Below, in pieces: positions 38,964 to 49,118 of a stretch of DNA of 64,000 nt (positions within the stretch are counted from its first letter, which is position 1; each line of letters begins with the position of its first letter). Below the pieces are notes generated by a model. That model searched no databases. It was not told the origin of the DNA and saw nothing but the letters and a program-made list of their open reading frames with translations. Source of the stretch: Syntrophorhabdaceae bacterium (lineage in GTDB: Bacteria > Desulfobacterota > Syntrophorhabdia > Syntrophorhabdales > Syntrophorhabdaceae); contig OY762209.1 in the NCBI GenBank assembly GCA_963665295.1, forward strand, positions 3,520,001 to 3,584,000, in the 5' to 3' direction. The translations under genes and the position numbers were made by a program.

Positions 38964-39488
38964 CTATGGGCCGGTTATGGGATCCACGTCCGTGTGATCG
39001 GACTGCTCAAATATCCCTTCCAATAATGGTATGGGAATGGCATCGGTAACTCGTGGGTCACCGAAGACGATTTCAGCGCCCCCCTTTCTGTAAGGCCTCA
39101 TTATGGTAACGGTTCCGGCGGGCGATAGGGCTGCAATGAGGAGTACCCCATTGTACTCGGGGAAAGCGGCGAGTATCTTTGCGTCGTCCCTGATATCCAT
39201 TGCAAGACCCACGGCTTCGGACCCGGTCTTCCTCGCATAGTTCCTGATTGTCTCAGCCTCCTCCTTTCCGTCCTCATCTGTTTCGTGAAAGGCCGGTTCG
39301 TACTGGGATATGACGGGTTCCCGGGCATGGCTGTTGATCCCGTATCCAAAGCTGACCGTTGTTGTTGCTGTCCCTGAGGCGCGCAACTGGTTCTGTGCGG
39401 AGTCAAGGCACGCGGCGGCGAATTCATTCAGGCCGAAATGCCCTGCCGCCCGCATCTTTTCGTGGGCACTATAGTCCTCCTTAACCAT
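38964..39488 (-). CDS. Hypothetical protein
   Basis: GGAGGTG RBS; 174-aa ORF with globular composition. Confidence 0.6.
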   Translation of the reverse strand: MVKEDYSAHEKMRAAGHFGLNEFAAACLDSAQNQLRASGTATTTVSFGYGINSHAREPVISQYEPAFHETDEDGKEEAETIRNYARKTGSEAVGLAMDIRDDAKILAAFPEYNGVLLIAALSPAGTVTIMRPYRKGGAEIVFGDPRVTDAIPIPLLEGIFEQSDHTDVDPITGP

Positions 39489-39643
39489 TACGTCACACCT
39501 CCGTTTGGCCCGTGGACCAGAAAATTCCTGTTTTCATAACCTACCATCGGTGAACCCGCAAATCAAGGGTCGGCGCAGAAACGGGGCCGCGAGTCGCGAT
39601 ATGACTTGACCAACTGTAATTACCGGGCTATTATCTCTCTCAT

Positions 39644-41161
39644 ATGGGTCTTAAGGCGATCCTGACCATTTTTCGCCCACAGATAATAGAGGAGTGGGTG
39701 GACCGTCTCCATAACTCGGTGAGCGAACGGTACCGTCAAAGGCCCGTGGAAGAGCTTTTCATCACCGTTTCCCTTGCGAATGACGCGAGTTTTGCCGTTC
39801 TTGTTCACGACGACTATTCCAGGATAGATGCCCAAATCGAGTTCATTACCAGAATCAGGCTCGAAGGAGGGTTCTCCCTTTCCGAGGTGCAGAACGCATA
39901 CGATCTTTACAGGACGATCCTCACACCGATACTGCTTCGTGAGTTAGAGGGAGATGAACTCCTTGACGCCGTGGAACGTATGAACCGTTATCTTCTCTAC
40001 ACCATAAAGAAATTCAGCAACTCTTTCCAGTCTCTCCACGAACAGCAAATCAGGGATTACGCGGAGAACCTCGAACGGGAGGTGGAGAAGCGCACAGGTG
40101 AACTGGCGGAATCGGAGTCAAAGTACAGGGTACTTGTGGAAGAAATCAACGACGGATATTTTGTGAATCAAGGGGGGTGCATCGTCTTTGCGAATCAGGC
40201 CTTCTGCGATCTGCACGGGTATTCCCCCGAAGAGATGACAGGTAAGCCGTACGTGGAGATCATTGCCTCCAAATCGCTCCCCATGGTCCGGAGGCTTTAC
40301 AAGAGAAGGATTGCCGGCGAGGCCACAGAGGACCTGTACGTCTATTTACGCCGTCATAAGAACGGGAGTATCCTTCCCACGGAGAATAAGGTGAAGAAGA
40401 TACTCTTCCGGGGTGAATCCGCGGTGGCGGGCATTTGCCGGGATATTACCGAGAGAATACAGACGGAGAAACGGATCAGGGAGTCGGAGCGCCTCGCGCA
40501 TATCGGAAAACTGACGACTTCCCTGGCTCACGAGATCAGGAATCCCCTGTCTTCGGTAAAGATGAACAGCCAGATCATCTTGAAAAACGCTGCTTTTGAC
40601 GGAAATGACAAGAGGCGGATCGAAATCGTAGTCCACGAAATATCCCGTCTGGAGAGGATTCTCGATGAAATGCTCGATTTCGCGAGACCGGTGAGGCTGA
40701 ACATTCAACCTCTCCTGATGAACGCGGTCATTGACGCGTCCCTTGATGCCCTGGACGCCAGGATCAGGGAAAAGAATATTGTCGTGACAAAGAGATATGC
40801 GAAGAAACTGCCTCCCATCCCCGCAGACCACGAAAAGATGGAACAGGCGCTCATCAACGTCCTGCTCAATGCCGTGGACGTCCTGCCGGAAGGGGGACGG
40901 ATAGAGATCGTGACGGGAAGGATAAGAGGCGAGGAGAACGCTTTGCGGATAGACATAAGCGACGATGGACCGGGCATCAGCAAAGAAGACCTTCCCTATG
41001 TCTTCAATCCTTTTTTCAGCAACAAGAAAAGAGGTACGGGCCTTGGCCTTTCGAACGTGAAAAGGATCATAGAAGCCCACGGCGGGACAGAGGCGATTAC
41101 TACCCTGAAACCTCACGGAACGCGCGTCAGCTTGTCAATTCCATTGAAGGAGATAACTTGA
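39644..41161 (+). CDS. Soluble sensor histidine kinase (RsbRD-N-like helical domain, PAS, HisKA, HATPase)
   Basis: GFSLSEVQ helix, PAS (FANQAF, CRDITER), AHEIRNPL, N box, DDGPG, GTGLGL. Confidence 0.92.
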   Translation: MGLKAILTIFRPQIIEEWVDRLHNSVSERYRQRPVEELFITVSLANDASFAVLVHDDYSRIDAQIEFITRIRLEGGFSLSEVQNAYDLYRTILTPILLRELEGDELLDAVERMNRYLLYTIKKFSNSFQSLHEQQIRDYAENLEREVEKRTGELAESESKYRVLVEEINDGYFVNQGGCIVFANQAFCDLHGYSPEEMTGKPYVEIIASKSLPMVRRLYKRRIAGEATEDLYVYLRRHKNGSILPTENKVKKILFRGESAVAGICRDITERIQTEKRIRESERLAHIGKLTTSLAHEIRNPLSSVKMNSQIILKNAAFDGNDKRRIEIVVHEISRLERILDEMLDFARPVRLNIQPLLMNAVIDASLDALDARIREKNIVVTKRYAKKLPPIPADHEKMEQALINVLLNAVDVLPEGGRIEIVTGRIRGEENALRIDISDDGPGISKEDLPYVFNPFFSNKKRGTGLGLSNVKRIIEAHGGTEAITTLKPHGTRVSLSIPLKEIT

Positions 41162-42540
41162 AAAGCAAGAAGATCCTTATCATCGATGATGAACGCGCCC
41201 TCCTTGAATCCCTGGAGATGTTTCTTACTGAAAAGGGCTATGCCGTTGCATGCGCCATGAACGCCGCAGAGGGTCTCAAACAGTGTGAGGTCTTCGACCC
41301 TCATGTCATTATCCTTGACGTCCGTCTTCCCGACATGAACGGCCTCGATGTGCTCCGCCGTCTGGTCGCCGAGGGGAGGAAAAACATCATTATCATAACC
41401 GCGTTCCATGACATGGATATTACCATAAAGACGGTGAAGCTCGGCGCCTTCGACTATATTCCCAAACCCATAGACGTGGAGGAACTTGAAAGGGCCATAG
41501 ACAAGGCCTTGAAGCATATGGGTTCCGGCCGGCCCGAGGATGTCTTTTCCATTGACCGTTCCCTTGAGTATGTCGAGGGAAAGATAGTGGGCAGAAGCAC
41601 ATTGATGAAGGAGATCTTCAAGACCATAGGCATTCTTTCCGAGAACCGGGTGACGATCCTCATCGAGGGGGAGACAGGAACGGGCAAAGAGTTGATCGCA
41701 CGGGCTGTCCATTACAATAGCCCGTACAAGAATGATCCTTTTCAGGCGATAAACTGTTCTACTATCGTGGGACCTCTCCTGGAAAGTGAACTTTTCGGTC
41801 ACGAAAAAGGCTCCTTCACCGGGGCTTTTGCCTCGAAGAAGGGCAAGTTTGAACTTGCGGGAGGGGGGACCATATTTCTCGACGAAATAGGGGAGATACC
41901 TTTCGAACTGCAGGCGAAGTTGCTCCGGTTCCTTCAGGAGAAAGAATTTGAGAGGCTGGGCGGTGAGGGAACGATCAAATCGGAGGCCCGCGTTATCGCC
42001 GCCACCAACAAGGACCTTTGGGATATGTCCCGGAAAGGCACCTTCAGGGAGGACCTTTATTACAGACTTAACGTGGCTACCATCAGGGTCCCGCCGCTCA
42101 GGGACAGATCGGCCGATATCCCCCTTCTTGTGGAGCATATCTTGAGGGGTATCAACAGGGACCTCCACAAGGACATTGCGAAGGTGGAAGAGGGCGCGAT
42201 AACGAGAATGATTGAATACGATTGGCCGGGCAACGTGAGAGAGTTGGAGAATGTGCTCACCCGCGCAGCCATCAACACACGGGGAGAATGCATCCTTGAA
42301 GATGTTGTCGTTCCCTTACTCGGAAAGAAGCAGGCGATCCGTACGAGCCCGAACTTGAGACCCGACCGGGAACAGAGTCTTAACGATGTTGAGAAGGAAT
42401 ATATAATAGGCGTACTCGGCCGTACTCACTGGCACCTCGGGAAGGCATGTGTGCTTCTTGGCATTACGCGCCCTACGCTGCGTCAAAAGATGAGGACATA
42501 CGGCATTTCCAGTCCTGCGCCCGAGAACGGGACCTCCTGA
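41158..42540 (+). CDS. sigma54-dependent response regulator (NtrC family)
   Basis: REC (IIDDE, LDVRLP), GETGTGKE, GSFTGA, WPGNVREL, Fis HTH. Confidence 0.95.
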   Translation: MKSKKILIIDDERALLESLEMFLTEKGYAVACAMNAAEGLKQCEVFDPHVIILDVRLPDMNGLDVLRRLVAEGRKNIIIITAFHDMDITIKTVKLGAFDYIPKPIDVEELERAIDKALKHMGSGRPEDVFSIDRSLEYVEGKIVGRSTLMKEIFKTIGILSENRVTILIEGETGTGKELIARAVHYNSPYKNDPFQAINCSTIVGPLLESELFGHEKGSFTGAFASKKGKFELAGGGTIFLDEIGEIPFELQAKLLRFLQEKEFERLGGEGTIKSEARVIAATNKDLWDMSRKGTFREDLYYRLNVATIRVPPLRDRSADIPLLVEHILRGINRDLHKDIAKVEEGAITRMIEYDWPGNVRELENVLTRAAINTRGECILEDVVVPLLGKKQAIRTSPNLRPDREQSLNDVEKEYIIGVLGRTHWHLGKACVLLGITRPTLRQKMRTYGISSPAPENGTS

Positions 42541-42588
42541 TCCATAGCCCGTACCGGCGATTGGGTGAAGATGCCCTCAGGAAAAGAA

Positions 42589-42623
42589 GGAAATAGAGGG
42601 AACCTATGGCTCCCTCTATTTCC
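42589..42623. terminator. Bidirectional terminator-like hairpin
   Basis: Perfect 13-bp inverted repeat GGAAATAGAGGGA/TCCCTCTATTTCC between convergent genes. Confidence 0.7.
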
Positions 42624-42665
42624 AAGATCGTCTTAAATGACAACAACCGCCCGTGGGCAGTGCCG

Positions 42666-43430
42666 TTAGAATACAAACAGATCGAGTCCGCCCATCATGT
42701 TGACGACGGCGCCGGTCATGTATGCCGCTTTATCGGATACGACGAAGGCGATGGCCTCGCCTATCTCGGCAGGCTCGGCGGGTCTGCGAAGGGCGATCCT
42801 CTTCTCGAATTTCTGACGGGTCTCTTCAGGGATGGGCTCATAGTAGGCCTCCGTATTGGCCGTGCCTATCAAGACCACGTTGGCGGTGATGCCGTGCCGT
42901 GCGCCTTCGAGGGCCGCCGACTTTGCCATGCCTATGAGGCCCGCCTTGGCCGCGCCGTAGCTCGACTGGCCGGAACCACCCATGACGCCCGCTACCGAGG
43001 ACATGTTGACGATGCGTCCCCACTTCTTTGCCGTCATATCGGCCCATGCCTCCTTGATGCAGTAGAAGGCGGAGTTGAGACAGAGCTTCACCTCGTTGTC
43101 CCAGTCTTCCACGTTGGTCTTCGCAATGGTCACCATGCGGCGCATCTGGGCTGCGTTGTTGACAAGGATGTCTACGGGACCCATCTCCGCCTTGATGGCG
43201 GCGAAACCCTTCTGCACGTCCCCATAGTCTCTTCCGTTCATCCTCACTGCCATGGACCTGCGGCCCATGGCGCGGATCTCAGCCGCTACCTTCTCCACGC
43301 CGTCCATGTTGTTGAAGCCTGTTACCACCACATCCGCCCCATCTCTGGCGATGGCCAGGGCTGCGGCCCTCCCGATGCCGTGGGGCATTGACGCGCCTGT
43401 TACGAGTGCAAGCCTACCTTCTGATCCCAT
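42666..43430 (-). CDS. SDR family oxidoreductase (FabG-like)
   Basis: TGAS..GIG, ILVNNA, GRIVNMSS, YGAAK. Confidence 0.92.
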   Translation of the reverse strand: MGSEGRLALVTGASMPHGIGRAAALAIARDGADVVVTGFNNMDGVEKVAAEIRAMGRRSMAVRMNGRDYGDVQKGFAAIKAEMGPVDILVNNAAQMRRMVTIAKTNVEDWDNEVKLCLNSAFYCIKEAWADMTAKKWGRIVNMSSVAGVMGGSGQSSYGAAKAGLIGMAKSAALEGARHGITANVVLIGTANTEAYYEPIPEETRQKFEKRIALRRPAEPAEIGEAIAFVVSDKAAYMTGAVVNMMGGLDLFVF

Positions 43431-43765
43431 AATGAACCTCCCTTTTGAAATGTAGTCTGTAATGGTTTATATAAATATCATCATTTAAAGGTCCTGACAA
43501 CACTCTCGTAAAGCCCCGGGAAACGACCGCGGCCGTATGTGCATCGGCGAAATCGCGGGTGCCCGGTTTTGACCCTATGATATGAAAGCGCTCCTTTCTG
43601 TTCGCCTATGTTGAGTTTGAAACCTTTCATCGGTACCCCTGATTCCATGGATTATCGTATACAATAACTATATTAATTGTGGCTGTTCATTGTTGACACG
43701 TCAATACAATTAAATTTATAGTTGTATTAGAATTCTTAGGTAATCGAGAATAAGAGGGGCGCTGA

Positions 43766-44707
43766 ATGATCAATCTCAATCAGTTGAGGGCATTCTATTC
43801 GGTGGTAAAAACAGGGACATTTTCGAAAGCAGCAACTGAACTTTTCGTTACGGAGCCGGCGGTCTTCATCCAGGTCCGCTCCCTTGAGCGAAGCCTGGGA
43901 TTCAAACTTTTCGACAAGATCGGGAAGGACCTGACCCCTACGGAGACAGGCAAGCTGCTTTACGGGTATGCCGGCAGGATATTCGGTCTTGTGGACGAAG
44001 CGGAGAACGCCATAAAGGACGTAAGGGACCTCAAGGCTGGCGACTTGAGGGTAGGGACGGCCAATGCTCTGGCTCAATATCTTATGCCTATCGTAATCTC
44101 GGCATTCAGGGACAAGCACCCGAAGATACAGGTGCATCTCGATGAAGCCAGTTCCAGCGAACTGGTGAGGGGCGTCGTAGCCCGGGATTATGAAGTAGCC
44201 ATCGTGGCGAGGGTCGCATATCCGGACAGTATAAAGAACATGTCTTTGAGCAGGGAAGAGGTGCTGCTCGTTGCGTCGCCCAGATGTAAGCTTGTATCAA
44301 AACCCGCATGTTCACTGGAGGAATTGAACGGGAGCCCGATGATTTGCAGGGATATCAGGTCGGCGACAAGACAGGCCATCTGGAAGGAGTTCGAGAAGAG
44401 AAGCATTAAGCCCTCGGCGATTATCGAGGCGGGGAACACGGAATTCATAAAGAATCTGGTAGGAAACGACAACGGTGTATCTTTCCTGGCAAAGATATGT
44501 GTGAGAAAAGAGGTGGAGAGGGGTGAACTTGCGGTTATAGCCCTGAAGGAAGGTCCGTTCTTTCTTGACATCGATGTCATCCACTTGAAAGGAAAGACCC
44601 TTTCGTCGGCAGCCACGACATTTCTGCAGTTTCTTGCCCGAACAAGCAGCGCTCCAAATCTGGGCAGTTTTGTCGACGCCATGGAAGAGAAAAAGCCCGC
44701 CGTGTGA
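43766..44707 (+). CDS. LysR family regulator
   Basis: LNQLRAF..V...TFSKAA.ELFVTEPAV HTH, then substrate-binding domain. Confidence 0.93.
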   Translation: MINLNQLRAFYSVVKTGTFSKAATELFVTEPAVFIQVRSLERSLGFKLFDKIGKDLTPTETGKLLYGYAGRIFGLVDEAENAIKDVRDLKAGDLRVGTANALAQYLMPIVISAFRDKHPKIQVHLDEASSSELVRGVVARDYEVAIVARVAYPDSIKNMSLSREEVLLVASPRCKLVSKPACSLEELNGSPMICRDIRSATRQAIWKEFEKRSIKPSAIIEAGNTEFIKNLVGNDNGVSFLAKICVRKEVERGELAVIALKEGPFFLDIDVIHLKGKTLSSAATTFLQFLARTSSAPNLGSFVDAMEEKKPAV

Positions 44708-44722
44708 TGGCTTTGCGAGGGA

Positions 44723-44759
44723 AGGGGTTCTTCCCGGACCCGATTAAGGCCCGGGAAGA
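44723..44759 (+). repeat. Dispersed palindromic (REP-like) element, copy 1
   Basis: AGGGGTTCTTCCCGGACCC...CCGGGAAGA; the first 19 bp are identical to the reverse complement of 59143-59161. Confidence 0.6.
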
Positions 44760-44820
44760 TGGGCGATGACACGAACCTACTGTATCTTTCCCGTACGGCG
44801 TACCGCCGGGACAGAAGTCA

Positions 44821-46152
44821 CTAATTACGTCTGCTTTTGTAAGCCTCCAGCGTTTCTATAAAGGCATCGATCCTGTTATGGGTGTCGGCCTCGTTGTAAG
44901 AACTGATGTCAACGATGTCGCCCTCCATAATGAGTACGGGTATGTCGCCGTAAACCTTTTTGAGGACCTGTGCTTGAAGAACGATTCCCGCGTGCCAGCT
45001 CCGGCATGAAAAAGCGGAGTGGAACACGACGCCGTCGCACTTGTAATCCTCCACATATTCGATGATGCGTTCGACCAGGGGCAGGGACCCGGGGCGTTTG
45101 CGCGCCTTGTCGTACCAGTGGGTATAATACCGTATGAGTCTCCACGCAATGCGCTCCAGAGGATCGTTCGTCTTGGGGAGGTCAAGGCGTTCGATAGGCT
45201 GGGCCACGTGGTACGTGGTTTCCGCGGGGAACACGGCACCTTTGCTGTTGAAATACTGGAAATCACCCAGTGCGAACCAGGAGGGGAGCCCTGCACCCCA
45301 TACCAATCTGTATTTTTCCTCGTCTGCGACCCCCTGTTTATTTGCAACCTTCTCTTTCAATTCATCGTAAAGGCCCTTATAGAAATCATAAGTTTCCTGC
45401 ATACCGAGGTTGAACGTGAGAGGCACCATTGTATTCATGGCATCTCCGGTGTCCATCGGGGTCGGCTGGGCCTTTCTCAACTCATAGGTGTCCACGAAGA
45501 GGTCCCAGGTCCGTTCGGCGAGATCCACCGTAGCGGCAAGCCGGTCCCAGTCCATCTTTTTTCCCGTGACCTTCTCACAGAAGCGGACACATTCACGGAA
45601 TTCATCGGCGGTATACTTGACATAGAACTTCTCCACGTCCCTCCGGTCAATATTCGGATCCCACGGCGGATAGTACATGCCCCCCACGAAGACGGGAATA
45701 TCTTGCAGGTAATGACGGGTGGCTTGTGGCCATTTGAACCGTGGATCGCACAACTGCTGAGCGCTACCGATAATCATATCCGGTCTTCCCATGCCACCCC
45801 AGGGGGCACCGGGAGGCATTTCGCCGCCCAACTCCTCACGCCACATGTCAAATCCGAGGTTACACGTGGCGTAGGTGCAGAGGGAACGGGAGAAGTTTTC
45901 TGCTTCTGCCTTTTCGAGGTACTTGTCCGCATCACGCTTTGCCGCGCATATACCGGAGAAACTTTCTCCCCAGGCGGGTACTATATCCATGGCCCTCATT
46001 ATTTCATCATGGCCATCCATTATGAAGGCGTACGCAACTTTCTTTCCCTCTTCTGCCGCTTTAAGGGTTGCCGCCAGGTTGCCCCGGACAAACTTGGGTA
46101 TCTTTGCTGCCGATTGTGTCGCAAGTGCTCTTGGTTTCTTATCTTCTGCCAT
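44821..46152 (-). CDS. 2-hydroxyacyl-CoA dehydratase/benzoyl-CoA reductase family subunit (HgdA/BcrB-like)
   Basis: SLCTYA, LCDPRFKW, YKCDGVVFH..SCR, IMEGD, RIDAFIE. Confidence 0.88.
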   Translation of the reverse strand: MAEDKKPRALATQSAAKIPKFVRGNLAATLKAAEEGKKVAYAFIMDGHDEIMRAMDIVPAWGESFSGICAAKRDADKYLEKAEAENFSRSLCTYATCNLGFDMWREELGGEMPPGAPWGGMGRPDMIIGSAQQLCDPRFKWPQATRHYLQDIPVFVGGMYYPPWDPNIDRRDVEKFYVKYTADEFRECVRFCEKVTGKKMDWDRLAATVDLAERTWDLFVDTYELRKAQPTPMDTGDAMNTMVPLTFNLGMQETYDFYKGLYDELKEKVANKQGVADEEKYRLVWGAGLPSWFALGDFQYFNSKGAVFPAETTYHVAQPIERLDLPKTNDPLERIAWRLIRYYTHWYDKARKRPGSLPLVERIIEYVEDYKCDGVVFHSAFSCRSWHAGIVLQAQVLKKVYGDIPVLIMEGDIVDISSYNEADTHNRIDAFIETLEAYKSRRN

Positions 46153-46166
46153 GGGCCTAATCCTCC

Positions 46167-47324
46167 TTATGCGATCATTTCCAGGAATGCCTCGACCCTG
46201 GTCTTCACCCTTGGCAAGGTAGAGGTGGAATACTCGTATTCCATGTAGAGCACAGGGGCTCCTGCTGATTCGATATAAGACTTGATTGCGGGTACCTCGA
46301 AGCCGTAAGGGTCACAATATTTGTTGACCAGAAGAATGGCCCCATCAACCTGGAACTCGCTTATGAATTGTTTCATATGGCCGAACCGTAAATCCAGATC
46401 GTCCTGATACGTCCTTCCCGAGCCGACATAGGTGGTGGGGAGCTTCAGCTTTCGCAGATAGTATTCGGCTATTCCCTGAAGGGGATCGGAGGTTACATCG
46501 ACTTCGGGCCAATAGATCTTGCTTCCTATGGAGATGTCATCCATGACCAACCATGCTCCGGCCCCTTCGATGATGTCGGCGATGGCCGGGTTGTCGATCT
46601 GGTCGCCTATAAGCATGATCCTTTTGCCTATGCCCTTCGAGACCGGCGGCCTCTGTTTTACTTCGGCGATCACGCTCTTCACGAGGGCGCTTGACTCGGC
46701 AACAGGCAGGCTCATTGCGGCGACCAGGACCTTTGTCATCTCTTCCCCGGAAATGAGGGGAGGGTTGGTTTTCCTCAAGGCATAGAGGTCTTTGAAGATG
46801 CGCCTGTTTTCGTTGTGGGCCCTGACCGCGAGGACGATGTCCTCATTTGTCACTTTTGTGCCGGTGAACTTTTCGAGGGTAGTGATGAGCAGGCGCAGGA
46901 CCTGTATCATAAACTCTACCGACGGCCCGTCCGTGACGTGGGGCACGTTAAGAAAGTGCCAGTATGACATGTCTGTGTTGTAGCTCCATACATCGTTCGT
47001 CCTGTCCATGCTGTCGCACTGGTGGGGCATGACCATACCATCGAGAAAATCGTACTTTCCTTTGAGGACTGCGTCGAAGAGATTTCTCACAAAGGGACAG
47101 ACGACCGTTTCCATGTGGGCATCCGCCTTTGTAATGGGCTCACTGGGGAAACCCTTCAATCTGAGAGGTACTACGCCTGCGGCTGTCATAATCTCAACGG
47201 GACCGAGGGCGGAAATATACCCGATAATCTTCTTTCCTTCCTTCTTCAGATCCCTCGCCCGGGAGCCGTAATCGGCGTAGCATTCCTCTACCGTTGCCAA
47301 ACCATTTATATTTAGTTGCGTCAT
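46167..47324 (-). CDS. 2-hydroxyacyl-CoA dehydratase/benzoyl-CoA reductase family subunit (HgdB/BcrC-like)
   Basis: PVEIMTAAG, VCPFVR, HQCD, KYCDP, TRVEAFLEM. Confidence 0.88.
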   Translation of the reverse strand: MTQLNINGLATVEECYADYGSRARDLKKEGKKIIGYISALGPVEIMTAAGVVPLRLKGFPSEPITKADAHMETVVCPFVRNLFDAVLKGKYDFLDGMVMPHQCDSMDRTNDVWSYNTDMSYWHFLNVPHVTDGPSVEFMIQVLRLLITTLEKFTGTKVTNEDIVLAVRAHNENRRIFKDLYALRKTNPPLISGEEMTKVLVAAMSLPVAESSALVKSVIAEVKQRPPVSKGIGKRIMLIGDQIDNPAIADIIEGAGAWLVMDDISIGSKIYWPEVDVTSDPLQGIAEYYLRKLKLPTTYVGSGRTYQDDLDLRFGHMKQFISEFQVDGAILLVNKYCDPYGFEVPAIKSYIESAGAPVLYMEYEYSTSTLPRVKTRVEAFLEMIA

Positions 47325-47414
47325 AATCCTTCCCCTTATCACCCCGGCCAAGCACCGGGGTAGTGTTCATGGTTTTAGGGCCGGACGAGCCGGCCCTTCC
47401 GGTGAGTTACAGGC

Positions 47415-48992
47415 TTAGTTGTGGTCCTTCCACATTCCGTATCTTTCTCTCAGGATTCTGTGGAGGATTTTTCCGGCGCCTGATCTTGGCATCTCTTCAT
47501 CTTTGATGAAGATGATATTCTTGGGCACTTTGTAACCGGCGATCTTGCCTTTGCAGTACGCTGCCACTTCCTGGGCCGTCGCGGTCTGTCCTTCATGGAG
47601 GACGATGATAGCGGTTACCTGCTCGCCCCACTTCTCGTGAGGCACGCCGATAACTGCCACGTCCTTGATCTTCTCGTGGCCGCCTACGCAGTTCTCGACC
47701 TCTGACGGGAAGATATTTTCGCCGCCGGAGATGATCATGTTGGCCTTCCTGTCAACGAGATATATATAACCGTCCTCGTCCCTCATGCCGAGGTCGCCGG
47801 ACGTGAAGTATTTGCCCTTCATGGACTGCGCCATCTTTTCAGGGGCCTTCCAGTAACCGACGAGAAGCATGGGGCTTCTGGAATAGAGTTCGCCCACTTT
47901 GTTGGGCTCGGTCACGAGGCTGCCGTCATCGTCATAGAGTTGTACGAGGTCGGAGCCGATTACCTCGCGGCCGCAGGAGCCGAGTTTCGTGAGCTGCTCG
48001 TGGGGTTTAAGGACGGTAACGATACCCGCCTCGGTTGACCCGTATGCTTCATAGAGCTCCGAGTTGGGAAACATTTCGAGGATACCGAGCTTCGTATCTC
48101 TCCTCGCGGGAGCGGAGGAGATGAGGAGTTTCTTGATCGTGGTCAGGTCGTACTTCTTTTTGATGTCCTCCGGCAGGGCGAGCATCATGATGTAGTGGGT
48201 GGGTACGAGAGAGGTAAAAGTAACCTTGTGGTCCGAGAAGGTCTTGAGAAGGTCTTCCGGGCTGAAGCTGACCATGTTGTAACACATGACCGTGCCGCCG
48301 ATCCAGGTAACGGGGAAAGAATTGTACACTGAATTGACATGGCAGCAGGGCATGACGAGGAGCACTACGTCGTCGGTCTTGAAGTCATGGTCGAATATTT
48401 CGATGTAGTACTGGGCGAACATATTCTCGTGGGACTTCACCACGCCTTTGGGCAGGCCCGTGGTGCCGCCGGTATACATGATCACCCACGGATCTTCGGG
48501 GTTTACTTCGGTGGCCGGTTCCTCCGGGCTCGCCTTTGCTATTATGTCTTCATAAGACAGGTAACCGTCGAATTTGGGATTGTCCACTGCGAAGGAGATA
48601 TAGTGTTCCACGGTGGTGAGATTTTTCTTCATCCCGTTCGTATGCTCCACCCACTGGTCCTGTACGATGAGGGCTTTTGCCTCACAATGATTCAGGATAT
48701 ATTCCATTTCGGGCCCTGCGAGCCTGAACATGAGAGGTACGCACACAAAGCCTCCCTTTGCGGACGCTCCATAGATCTCCATCCACTCCACTGCATTGTA
48801 GGCGAGGGCGGCGAACCTGTCTCCCTTCTTCAAACCAAGATCGGCAAGGGCATTTGCCAGCCTGCATGATCTTTCGTTCCATTCCTTGAAGGTAAAGGAC
48901 TTGTTGAGGTCCTTTATCCCGACCTTGTCCGCCCACTTGAAGGCATTCACGCGCAGTACATCCTTTGCCGTTAACCAGTTACTTGATAACAT
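47415..48992 (-). CDS. Acyl/aryl-CoA ligase (ANL family)
   Basis: YTGGTTGLPKG, YGSTE, SGDL, DRK.NMIISGGEN, PRSGAGK. Confidence 0.92.
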   Translation of the reverse strand: MLSSNWLTAKDVLRVNAFKWADKVGIKDLNKSFTFKEWNERSCRLANALADLGLKKGDRFAALAYNAVEWMEIYGASAKGGFVCVPLMFRLAGPEMEYILNHCEAKALIVQDQWVEHTNGMKKNLTTVEHYISFAVDNPKFDGYLSYEDIIAKASPEEPATEVNPEDPWVIMYTGGTTGLPKGVVKSHENMFAQYYIEIFDHDFKTDDVVLLVMPCCHVNSVYNSFPVTWIGGTVMCYNMVSFSPEDLLKTFSDHKVTFTSLVPTHYIMMLALPEDIKKKYDLTTIKKLLISSAPARRDTKLGILEMFPNSELYEAYGSTEAGIVTVLKPHEQLTKLGSCGREVIGSDLVQLYDDDGSLVTEPNKVGELYSRSPMLLVGYWKAPEKMAQSMKGKYFTSGDLGMRDEDGYIYLVDRKANMIISGGENIFPSEVENCVGGHEKIKDVAVIGVPHEKWGEQVTAIIVLHEGQTATAQEVAAYCKGKIAGYKVPKNIIFIKDEEMPRSGAGKILHRILRERYGMWKDHN

Positions 48993-49118
48993 GCTTCCCT
49001 CCAGTTGTGTATTTTAACTCCCCTAATGTCCGGCGGGGACCAACCAGGGATCCCCCCGTGTCAAACTGTGTTATGGCCCGCCTCCCCGGGGGTTTTTGCC
49101 CGGACCCCCGAAGAGTTG

